Source: Eledone cirrhosa (taxonomy: Eukaryota). Taken from it: a stretch of DNA of 64,000 nt. Location of the stretch: the NCBI GenBank assembly GCA_964016885.1, contig OZ024747.1:86428001-86492000 (forward strand), given 5' to 3'. The notes beneath the pieces are model-generated. The model saw nothing but the letters and a program-made list of their open reading frames with translations. It did no database searches and was not told the DNA's origin. Positions 39,921 to 51,564 of this stretch are shown one piece after another (positions within the stretch are counted from its first letter, which is position 1; each line of letters begins with the position of its first letter). The position numbers and the translations under genes were made by a program.

Positions 39921-40859
39921 TGTATGGTATGTAATAATGAGATTTTAGTTGAACATTTTAAAAGAAGCAATATTGAGTGGGGTTGTGTTTAATGAAAGAC
40001 GTTTTTTTCTGTTTTATTTTATCAAGAATTTTTTCTGTTTTATTTTATCACAAATTTTTTATTGAATGGTGAATGAGTGGATTATTACTGAGAGAGGACA
40101 AACAATTAAAGAGAAATATAGCCTGTAATACATGTTGAGAAAATAAATTAAATGAGATGGTTGGGTCTTGTGTTGAGGAAGGGTGAAAGTTATTGGGTGA
40201 GAGGAGTGATGGAAATGAATATGGAAGGAAATAGAGGAAGAGAAAGACTAAGAAAAACAGCTAAAGATGATGGAGGGGTAAGTGAAAGTTAGGAGGTTGG
40301 TCACAGACAATAGAGTAAAATGCTAACTCCTGCTTTCGTTGGAAAATGGCTTTAATATACTTGTTATTTATTGTCTTCATTGAACTTTTATGTGTTCTAA
40401 ATTCTTCATGGATGTTCTTTTCAGTGTCCATTACCTTATTTAACAAATGTCCATATATCATAAAATCCCAGTTGTGGGTTTACTGGAACAGTGGTATTTC
40501 ACAAAATACTCTTCTGTCTCCTGACAGTGAAAAGACATGATTTCAGTTTAAGATACATTTTATCTTGATATATCATTAATCCATTTCTCAGAAACTGTTC
40601 AGATTAAAAGAGTATGAGTAACCAAGCTGTTTTAACAACAAAACTTGTCAGAGAGGCACCTTATCATCACATACTGGAGGCAGTATACCTTTTAATCCAA
40701 TTTGAAATTTAGTTTATCTATTTCAGTTTAGTTTATCAATTTCTTTGGAATGGAAGCTAAGTTATATAAAATGTTTCATATAAACTATACTGATGATAAA
40801 TACTCTGTTTCATTCTTTTTTCATTAGCTTTTTTTTTTAAATTGTTTTTTCCACTGCAG

Positions 40860-41126
40860 GAATGCCATCCATGCTACAAGTAACTAATGCAACAGAAACA
40901 AGTATAAGTTTATCATGGGATGCACCAACGAATATAACACAATTTTTTATCAATTTTGGATCAATTTTGGATCATGATAATAATGAAAATAAACATTTTA
41001 AAACTAACAACAAGAGTGCAACAATTACCAACCTTACATGCAGTGGGTGTGCTTACAATATTTCAGTAGCAAGCATATATAATAATAAAAAATGCAGCCA
41101 AGCAGTATTCATTACTAATTACACTG
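40860..41126 (+). CDS. FN3 domain exon
   Basis: CAG acceptor, MPSMLQVTNATETSISLSWDAP...ATITNLTCSGCAYNISVASI, donor G|GTAAGT; 267 nt, phase 1-1. Confidence 0.9.
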
Positions 41127-42500
41127 GTAAGTGATTAATTGTTGTTCATGTTGTTAATTAATTTTAGTTAACCTCAGCAGAATTTGAACTTGGAGCACAG
41201 AGAGCTGGAATGAATACTGCAAAGCATTTTATCACAATGTTCTAATGACTCCGCCAATTCACCACCCTATAGTGGAATATCCATCTATGAGCCCTAAACT
41301 TTTGAAGATAGCAATGTTCTTCCAGAGGGCAAGTGAGAGAAAGAGAGAAGAATCAATCTTAATACTAGACTGGGATTTTATTTATCAACCTTGAATGGAT
41401 GAAATGTAAAGTTGACTTTGGCAGGGTTTGAAAATTGGGATGAATGCAGCAAAGCATTATATGCAATGTTCTAATGCCTCTGCCAATTCACCATTTTATA
41501 GTGCACTATAGTAGGAGGGAAATGTAGGGTAGTACTTGGAATAGTTTCAAGATCCTAGTTTTATGCATGAAGTGCACAACATTTTTCAATATATTCTATA
41601 TTTCTGACATTTAAGTATATCTGTTTTAGAATAGATACACAATATCCCTGCATGCCTTAAGAGATGACTGAAATGATTTGGACTAGGAAGGGAACTCAGT
41701 TGCCATGATATATATGAAGCCTATCATGGGGGCCTACAAGTCTTTAGAGGGGAAAATCACCTTAAAACAGGCGTGTACATTTAGTGTAATTCTCAAAGAG
41801 ATTCAGCATAACATAGTGTGTAATAAAGTTGGCATTTTGAAGTATAGGTATAGTCCATCCGACAGGTTTCCAAACAGTTTCTATCTACCCAATTTGATCT
41901 GTGCCTATGGTAAGTGGTATTTGCTGAAGATGCTATGCAGTGGGATCACACCTGGAAGCTTACAGTTATGAAACAAACCTCTTAACAATTCAATCATGCT
42001 GTGTTTACACTTGGCAATACATTCATGTGTAAAAACAATTATTCCCACAATTTGAAAATTATGGAAATTTACAATCAAAAAGAACAAATGGGTCAGTCAT
42101 TACCAACATTCTATGGCACAATTGTTAGAGCATTGGACAGAATGTTGTCTGGTATTTATATTGGCTCTTTGCATTCTGAGTTCAAATTACATAATGGTCA
42201 TCTTTGTATGTCATCCTTCCAGGTTGATAAATAAAGTACAAATAATATAGCAGTCTAGTGTAATGGACTAGCAGAATTATTAGAGAGTCAGACAGGATGC
42301 TTTGGATTATTTGTTTGGGCTCTTTACATTCTGAATTTAATCCAACTATAATCTAGGTAAACTTAATCTGTTGTCCAGTTAAACACCACCACTTCAGTTT
42401 GAGGATGTCCTCTCTCTCCCTCTTTTTCACCAGTCTCTGAAACCCTGAAAAGTAACTGGGTATAAGCACATAGACATACACAAATATAAGTACAGACATG

Positions 42501-42551
<51 letters not shown>

Positions 42552-43199
42552 GCGCACGCACGCGCACACATATATATATGCATAGTAAACAGTTTGTAAA
42601 ATTGTACACAGATAATATATTAGTCAAATTTCAATACATCTGAATTTTCAAATTCTATTTCATATTTCCACAAGTACTTTCATGTCTTTTGCGAGATTCT
42701 TCAGGTGAATGTTAGCATCACCATGTTATCATATAGGTTGTATATATGTATACTCAATATGAGTATACATATATATAATAGGCTTCTGCAATTTCTGGCT
42801 ATGAAATTTCACACAAAAAGCATTGCTCGAACAGAAGCTATAGTAATAAACATTTGCCCAAGGTGCCATGCAGAGAGAGTAAACCACTTGGTTGCAAACC
42901 AATCATCTTAACCATAGAGGTCTTCCTGTGTCTGTACAAAAATCTTCAGTTTTAGACTAAGTCTAATATAACAAGATTTGTATAGTATTCATAAAGAATT
43001 ATTGTGTTTATAGTAAAAAAAATGTTTAATTCAATAGCATCGTAACCCTTTATAATTCCAACCGGCCATATCCAGCCAGAATTCTCTCACCTCTTTCTCT
43101 TCAAACTGGCCATAACTGGCCACTCATACTGACGTTAAGGTATTGTTCTCAAAATAAATAACATCAAAATCATATCTTTGCAAGATGCTTAGCATAGAC

Positions 43200-44390
43200 T
43201 TTACTGAGGCATCATAACAAAGAAATCCCTCTATAATTGGAGCAATCTTTCTTGTCTCTGTTTTTTGAAAATTGAGATTATCACTCCCATTTGTCATTGC
43301 TTAGGTGCTTTTCTAGAGGTCCAGGCCATCCGGCACTCATGAGTCAGCTAGAGATTACCTTCTCTTTTAAGGCTTTTAAAACCTTGGGCCGAATACGATC
43401 CTCTCCAGCAGCCTTGCCACATTTGAGTTCTTTAACTGCTCCTGTGACCTCACCCTCTGAGAGATTAGTCATTGCTCCCAGGAGCATTTCATGCACAGCA
43501 GAAGATGCTGTTGTGACTGGGTTTAGGAGATCAGCAAAACATTCTCTCTACCTCACGTGGATACACCTCTATGAAGAGAGGAGAATTCCAGATACATTCT
43601 TGAAAGCAGGCATGGACGAGAACTTCTTATAAAGTTGGCAGATAGTCTGCCAGAATACTTTATTTGCTTAGCTGAAGTTGGATTCCAGCTTAATCCCAAC
43701 ATCCTCCCATGTCTTAATTTGGATGGCTTTACTGTCACTGCTGCAATTTTTTATGCCTGCTTGCACCACAAGTGCAAGAAGGAGGACTTATTTCCTAACC
43801 ACACTTTATAAGTCTCCTTCTTTTCTCAGATAGCAACTTTGACCACTTGATTGAATCAAGGAGTCTTCTTGTTACCCCACACCACACTAACCAGTAACAT
43901 TTAACAGCTGAAGCAGAAACCACTAAGTTGAAAAGTCTCCACTCCATTTTAACGTCCTCAGTTTACTCAGGGAGTTCTCTGAATTTAGATGCAATAGTAT
44001 CCACATACCTTCTAACTTTATCCCGTAGGTGAAGTTGGACCTGTCAGTTTTGTGGGCTTTGTTAGCTCTAGGTAGTCTCGGATTGCAGATAACTAGATAA
44101 TCAGTTGACAGCTCAGCCCCTCTCTTAACATGAACATCCAACACAGAATTGAAGAGACAATAACACAATCAATTATTGATCTCTGTCTCTGATTCCCTTA
44201 TACCATGTGTATTTATGGATGTCTTTGTGTTGGAAGAAAGTATTCATAATAGAGAGCCCATTACTAGAACAGAAATCTAATAAGGCCTCTCCATTCATAT
44301 TTAGATTGGGATCGTCATTCCTTCCAATCACTCCATTCCATGTCAGGTGGTCAGTGCTAACATCTATGTTGAAGCCTCCTATTAGGTAAT
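43200..44390 (-). mobile_element. Degraded RTE-clade LINE fragment (endonuclease to RT start)
   Basis: LDVHVKRGAELSTD.LVIC and CGKAAGEDRIRPKVLKAL-like motifs on the minus strand. Confidence 0.7.
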
Positions 44391-44541
44391 AATAACAAAC
44401 ACCATTTGTATTTAATCATATCTATGTAAAGTGTATGTGTGTGAGTATGTAAAGTGAACTTCTTAACTTCACATGCTTATGCCTATATGAAAAAATGTAA
44501 AAGAAACAATGTAGTTTTTCACTCTTCACCTTGTTTTTCAG

Positions 44542-44796
44542 TACCCAAGATGCCAAATGTTACTGTGAAGGCAAAGCTGGATCATGTGATTATCAAAATT
44601 GATATAGGTGGTAAAGATTGTAATACCTTGAAAACTGACAATCACTGGGAAATAAATGCAGGAAGTGTTTCGGAGAATTGTCAAATAGAAAATGGTGAAC
44701 TAAAAAAATGTGTTAAACACTCTTTAAAAATATGGAGAAAAGTTGGTGTCTGGGAAAGTAAAAAACAAGTAATAACCTTCCAGCTTAAAAAAACAA
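44542..44796 (+). CDS. Divergent Cys-containing FN3-like exon
   Basis: TTTTTCAG acceptor, VPKMPNVTVKAKLDHVIIKID...LKKCVKHSLKIW, donor A|GTATGT; 255 nt, phase 1-1. Confidence 0.8.
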
Positions 44797-45024
44797 GTAT
44801 GTCCTTTTTGTTTTTAATATGCCAACCAAGCATTTTATTATTTTATTCATTTATTCAGGGTGGTGGATTGAAGAACTTTTATGGAGTTGACAAAATAAAG
44901 TACCGATAATGCACTGGGGTCAATTTAATTGACTTTCCCCTTCTTTTCGAATTGCTGGCTCTGCGCCAAAAGTAGAAACAATTATTATTGTTCTTGTTGT
45001 AGTTCTTTTTCTTCTTATTATTAT

Positions 45025-45200
45025 CACTTTGTCATGGAGCTGTCAAATCACAACAAAGACCTCAGATAGATACTGTTTTCCCTAAAATATTTGCAGTGCC
45101 TAGCAAGGCTGATTTTTGTATGACATCAATCTTGCATTGTATTCTTAACTGCTTTAAGAAGACTTAAAGATTCAATGAGATTGACCATAAAGCCCAATCA
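45025..45200 (-). mobile_element. R4/Dong LINE 3' stub
   Basis: Minus strand KIDVIQKSALLGTANIL followed by a short 3' UTR and TAA repeats. Confidence 0.7.
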
Positions 45201-45370
45201 CATAATAATAACTATAGGCACAAGGCCAGCAATTTTTGGGAGAGGGGAAAGTCGATTAAATCAAACCCAGTGCATTACTGGAACTTCATTTTATTGATCT
45301 CGTAAGGAGGAAAGGCAAAGCTAACCTCAGTGGGATTTGAACTCAGAACGTAAAGGGGCGTAACTCTATG

Positions 45371-45436
<66 letters not shown>

Positions 45437-46235
45437 CCTGTGGACTGAAATCGGAGACTGAAGGACTGATTATATCAGCACAAGATCAGTGTCTGCCAAC
45501 AAAAAATTACCAACCCAACATAATAAAAAATGGATGCAGCCCATTATGTAAAAAATAACCAGAGACTATTGATCATATAATTTCAATGTGCAGTCCTATA
45601 GCTCCAACCGAATACCTAAACAGGCATGACAGAGCTGCACAATACATAGGATAATGTGTAAGCATTTTGACCTGCCCCATTAAAAGAATTGGTGGGAGCA
45701 TCAACCACCTCCCATACTTGAAAAAGATCACATCTCAATCTTGTGGAACTTTAGCATCCAAACAGACTGAAAAATAGATGCAAATAGACCTGATATAATA
45801 CTGAAGGACTTTAAAAAGAGGGTATGCCTGCTAATTGATATGTCCGTTCCAATAGACAAGAATGTATCTATAAAAACATTTGAAAAATTGAGCAAGTATA
45901 AGGACCTGGAGATAGAAATTGGAAAAAATGTGGAAATTGAGAACTAAAACAATACCAGGCACTCTAGGAATGATACCTAAGGGGTCTAATGATTACTTAT
46001 CGCAAATCCCAGGAAACCCTTGTATAGGAGAAATACAAAAGATAGTACTAATGGGAACTGCCCATATACTAAGGAAGATTCTGTCAATATAAGTACATCA
46101 CAAGTCTAAACACCTAAAGATGCATGTGTGTGTATGTATGTTCCTTCTTGAACATGGCGGACCTTGTTGTCTCTTGAGGTCACTGGTTGTGACTTGGTGA
46201 TAACTCGTATGAACATAAAGCAAGATAAATGCAAC

Positions 46236-46237
<2 letters not shown>
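45437..46237 (+). mobile_element. R4/Dong LINE 3' fragment in (TAA)n
   Basis: ETEGLIISAQDQCL, ETIDHIISMC, RHD, RPDII and IQKIVLMGTAHILRK; bounded by TAA arrays. Confidence 0.85.
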
Positions 46238-46275
<38 letters not shown>

Positions 46276-46296
<21 letters not shown>

Positions 46297-48027
46297 TCAG
46301 ACAGTTGCTGGGCAGGAGTATGGGGTCCTGGGAGACAGAGTTGACATCAACTGGAGTATCCTTGGGAAGCGTGAAGATCAAGAGAGGTATCTTCCAGGGA
46401 GATAGCCTGTCCCCTCTGTTGTTTGTCCTTGCCCTGATGCCCTTGACCATTATGCTGCGAAAAGTGAGAGCAGGATACAAGTTGGGAAGGGGAGAGCTTA
46501 CCATCAATCACCTCCTCTTCATGGACGATCTTAAGCTCTTCGGGAAAAGTGAGGAGTTGGATGTGCTTGTTGACACTGTCCGTATTTTCAGCAGTGATAT
46601 ATGTATGCAGTTTGGTATTGGTAAATGTGGAGTCATTGTGATGAAGAGGGGTAGGTTGAGCAGAAGTAACGGGATCCAGATACCAACAGGTGAGATGATA
46701 AAGGAAATTGACTCTGAGGAAGGATACAAGTATTTGGGCGTTCTGGAGGCTGATGGCATAAAGAACAAAAAAATGAAGGAATTGTTAAGAACTGAATACA
46801 TTCGGAGAGTAAGGAGCGTATTGAAGTCACATCTGAACAGCAGAAATGCCATAAGCGCAGTAAATTCCCGAGCTGTGTCTATTATTAGGTACAGTGCGGG
46901 AATTCTGAGATGGAATGTTGCTGAACAAAAAGAAATGGATAGGAAGACTAGGAAGCTATTGACTATCTACAACATGTTCCACAAGAGGAGTGATGTCGAT
47001 AGACTCTACCTAAGGAGATCTGAGGGTGGAAGAGGTCTTATCAGCATAGAGGACTGTGTTCGGATGGAGAAAAACAACCTATACAAATACGTGACCTATA
47101 GTAAGGAGCCAATGCTCAGAACTGTACTGAAGGAGGGGACAGTAGGCCAGGGGATGTCCAAGGAGGAAGTAACATCAAGGAGGAAGAGCAGCCTTAAGGG
47201 AAAATCCCTTCATAGTACCTTCTTTGAGAAAACTGAATTTAGAGATCCACAGACATGGAACTGGTTGAGAAGAGGAGACCTCAAAAAGGCTACAGAAGGA
47301 ATGCTAATGGCTGCGCAGGAGCAGGCCCTCAAAATGAAGTGGTTGAAGCACCATATCTACAAGGAGGAGGCTAGCCCACTGTGCAGGATCTGTGGAGAGA
47401 GAGAGGAGACTGTGGCTCACATTGTGTCCGAGTGTAAACACCTAGCCCAGACCCACTATAAGGGCTGGAGACACGATGTGATGGGCAGGGTGATCCACTG
47501 GCACCTGTGCAAAGTAAACAATCTACCACATTCTGAGAAATGGTATGAGCATAGGCCAGAGGCGGTGATGGAGAACAGTCAGGTGAAGGTGCTGTGGGAT
47601 TTTAGGATACAGACGGACAAAAAACTGGAACACAATAGACCTGACCTGGTGGTTATGGACAAAGAAAAAAGATCGTGCCTGATTGTGGATGTGGCCTGCC
47701 CGTTCGACACGAGAGTGCAAGAGAAGGAGAGGGAGAAAATTAACCGATACCAGGACCTAAAGTGGGAGGTGAAAAGGATTTGGAACTGCCATGAAGTCAA
47801 AGTGATCCCGATTGTCATAGGCGCACTGGGGACTATCTCCAAAGGTTTCCAGGGATGGTTAAAGAAAATCGGCCCCTTCACGCTTTTTGGAACGCTTCAA
47901 AAGGCATGCTTGCTTGGAACAGCAAGAACCCTCCGATACGTCCTGAATATCTGAGGCTGCAGGTAGTGGCTTGATATTCAATCCAACGGACTTTCCAGTT
48001 AACCAACATCAATGACTGAGATTCAAG
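46276..48027 (+). mobile_element. R4/Dong LINE, 5'-truncated, uninterrupted RT-CCHC-RLE frame (stop at 47954)
   Basis: GIFQGDSLSP, HLLFMDD, CRIC..REETVAHIVSEC, RHD, NRPDLVV and IVDVACP; inserted in (TAA)n, the known Dong target. Confidence 0.92.
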
Positions 48028-48051
48028 GAATAACAATAACAATAATAATAA

Positions 48052-49030
48052 GAGTTTCCAAGGATGGTTAAAGAAGATTAGTCCAGCCCCGCTTTTTGGA
48101 ACAACCCTCTCCCATACCGAGAACAGACCTCACAATGAGCCACAAGGTGTATGCTAAAAAGCCACAACAAATATGGACCAGAAAGGAATACAAAGCAGTG
48201 ATGGCTGCACACTATACTGCCATCCTGTTTCCAAGAGAGATCTTGTCAACTCAAAAAAACCTACAGTATCTGGAGGAATTCCAACCATAACTCTAAAAAA
48301 TACATGGACATGAATAAGCTAGCAAATGTGAGAAGAGACATTATGAAGAATGAAAGACTTACTGAATCAGAACTGGAAACCATCAAAGTGGAGATAAGTG
48401 AGCAACATAACAACCCGAGTCAAGAAGGAGGCCTGCATCCAACAGAAGCAGCAGACGGTGAGAGTATTGCTGAAACTCCCACAGATGAGAACCTTGAACA
48501 TGTAACTGATGGCTCACTGGTTGATGCTGCTGTCTGGACAATGCATGAGCATTTTGAAAATGCAGTATCTGATAGAACAGACAATTCTTCAGAAAGTACC
48601 CAAAGTGATGCATCAGCTGAAGAAGAAGGTGAACCTAGATAATAGAGTGCTAGATGTAATCAAAAACAAACACAGAAAACCACTGACACTTGATGACATT
48701 AACCAGCTGCTATATGCCACTGCATTTGCTGGCAAGCTGTACCCCAAAGTACAAATAAGGAATAAAAACACAAATGCAAAATCGAAATGGCAGAAACAGG
48801 TGGTGAACAAAATTATAGAGTCGAAGAAGGATGTCTCTCATATCTGAAATAGATAAAAGAACTGAGATCAACTCCAACAAGCTTTCTAGTGTGAGGAAGA
48901 AATCCAAGGTTAATTGAGAATCAGACTGGAAAGAAATTGCTGAAGCAATCAAGCAAATGTTACAGGCGAAGGCACAGAAACTAAGAAGATGTAAAAAAAG
49001 AGCTAACTTCTTTAAACAGAAGGAGGATAA
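48052..49030 (+). mobile_element. Degraded N-terminal region of an R4/Dong LINE
   Basis: WTRKEYKAVM, NKLANVRRDIMKNERLTESELETIK, DINQLLYATA and KQMLQAKAQKLRR motifs; preceded by a short repeat of a Dong 3' coding segment. Confidence 0.7.
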
Positions 49031-49946
49031 CTGGGAGGGGGCACTTACACTAGCAGACAGAGGGAAAATGGTTTTTCGTGGACTTTCTCTACAAATGATG
49101 TTTGGAAGTTTCCTCTTATTGGGGAATTTCTTTTTGTTTGAATTTTTATGTGTTTTCTTGTTTTTTCCACACAAAAACCCACACTGTGGCATCCTGCACC
49201 ACCCTTAATGCTTTCTTGATGGGGATTGGAAGAATTCAGATGCACCAGACAAAATGCCAACAGTGTTTAGTTATGCCTTAGTTATGTATGCACAAGGACA
49301 TTGAAATACTCACATTGGTGTTTGAGCATGCAGTTAGCCCACCAGGAGTGAGAGACCCCTAGTTCTTGGTAAGACATCATTCTAAGAGAAGGAACACTGA
49401 TGTAAACTTGTGACTCGATGGCAGCCACTGATGGATACCTATCACCATTGTTCAGAGGGCGGGATTGGTCCACTTAAAAAGCTTCAAACCTAGGCATCAC
49501 TTTGCCCAAACAACTTTCACATGTACTGCACGAGCATGGCCTTTTCTTTTTTCATTCACTACAGCATATGCAGAAAGGAATCAAAGTCCTTGGAAATGCT
49601 AAAAGATCATGATCAAGCCACTTATGTATGAGAAAAATCTCAAGGAATTGCAATTCTTGAACTGAGAGTCAGCCTGTATGTATGTATGTATGTATGTATG
49701 TATGTATGTATGTATGTATGTATGTATGTATGTATGTATGTATGTAGGCATGCGTGCATGCATGTATTTATGTGTGTGCATGTATGTATGCATGTGTGTT
49801 TATATATATATATGTTTGTATAAAACTTGAAAAATCATGATGTGATTTGGTTAATAAGCAGAAGATGCTGCTATTTATACATAGACTTATATAAACACCA
49901 AAACACATGCCATTCAAACTCATGCACACACACAAATTTATGTATG

Positions 49947-49975
<29 letters not shown>

Positions 49976-49977
<2 letters not shown>

Positions 49978-50534
49978 GAAGTTTGTCAAAAAATATCCAA
50001 CTGTATTTTTCCATGAGAGTAATGTTGTTAGGAAGATAAAAGAGTGCAGAGGGTGCAACATATATTCATACGCATGCATGGATTTTGGTGAATTTGCTGG
50101 ATGCATCAGTTGTTTTCTAGCAGCTAGTTTGGCACATCCCCATGACTAACATCAATGTGATGCTGACTGTTTTCTTCAATTAATGAGGTATGGGCCATCA
50201 CAAATGCATCACAAGACGGATAAACAATTATGAAAGAGTACTATCAGGAATTCCTCTCATGTCATCATGATGCAGTTTGATGCAAGTGATCTGTATGCTT
50301 TGCAAAACTGGTAGCTCCATCAAGAAACTGCTCTGGCTCATTTGTCACAGCTCATCTGAGGTTTCTTGGCAAAGAAAAGCATTTTGCTCATTTACCAGGC
50401 AGCCTACTCCCCAAGAAGCTTTGCAGATGTACGTCGAACAGTGGAAAGATCGCTGGGTTAAATGTGTGCAGGTACAAGGGGCCTACTTCAAAAAGCATTT
50501 CCCAACCTAAGGTTGGATAGTTCTTTAGCCTCAC
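49976..50534 (+). mobile_element. Deleted mariner element
   Basis: C-terminal transposase motif [17 protein letters not shown]; degenerate TIRs (AATATCCAACT / GGTTGGATAGTT). Confidence 0.65.
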
Positions 50535-50585
50535 ACACACACATACATACACACACACATATGTATATATACACACACTGCACAT

Positions 50586-50658
<73 letters not shown>

Positions 50659-50721
50659 GTACATACACACACATATATATAACTAACAACTAGTTATTGC
50701 TCTACATGGCTAAATACAATA

Positions 50722-50899
50722 AATGTAATCTGAGTTTTTTTAATATTAATAATAATATTCGATTCGTTTGCAATTATGCAGTTCTGTTTGCGTGCCAACA
50801 CAAGAGCGAGAATGATGGGCTCATTTTACTGACATGGCTTATAAAAGAGGCTGTTTGCATAATTGCAAATAAATCGAATATTAAAAAAAATCAGATTAC

Positions 50900-50939
<40 letters not shown>

Positions 50940-51079
50940 GTAATTTGATTTTTTTTAATATTAATATTCGATTTATTTGCAATTATGCAAACAGCCTCTT
51001 TTATAAGCCATGTCAGTAAAATGAGCCCATCATTCTCGCTCTTGTGTTGGCACGCAAACAGAACTGCATAATTACAAAC

Positions 51080-51082
<3 letters not shown>
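50722..51082. repeat. Nested palindrome centred on (TA)n
   Basis: 50763-50903 is the reverse complement of about 50937-51082; the left unit has its own terminal inverted repeats (50722-50780 vs 50853-50903). Confidence 0.85.
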
Positions 51083-51125
<43 letters not shown>

Positions 51126-51375
51126 TATGATTAGAAAACTGGTGGCATTTGAAAATTGAATTGAATTAGTAACATCACCATATTTTTTACTACAGAAAAT
51201 AGACTAACAATAATGGCGTATAAGACCCCATTACAGAAAAAATGGCGATGCTTTTTTTTTCATTATAAGGGCTTTGTAGTAAAAAATATGGTGATGTTTC
51301 TATTTCAATTCAATATATATATATATATATATACATACATGGAGTATATTAATACTTTCCTTTAACACATTGCAG

Positions 51376-51564
51376 AACCTCTAGCAGTGAACAATCTGAC
51401 TTATATTTGCCAAAAACAAGATTTAACTATTTCATGGCTGAAACCAATTGGTTCATGTGTAACTTCATATCTGATCCGTATTCATTTTAAGAATCCTAAT
51501 AAGTCTTATATCACAAACACGAGTACAACAAATTCTTCTTATACAATAAAGTCTTACAAACCAG
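51376..51564 (+). CDS. FN3 domain exon, N-terminal half
   Basis: TGCAG acceptor, PLAVNNLTYICQKQDLTISWLKP...SYTIKSYKP, donor G|GTAAC; 189 nt, phase 1-1. Confidence 0.85.

Noticed and set aside
46164-46275. Poly-Asn N-terminus of the 596-aa ORF
   Set aside because: Read-through of the upstream element's 3' UTR and the (TAA)n target into a 5'-truncated Dong element.
48304-48642. Acidic 112-aa ORF as an extra host exon
   Set aside because: Matches the N-terminal region of R4/Dong ORFs and is not needed for the exon phase chain.
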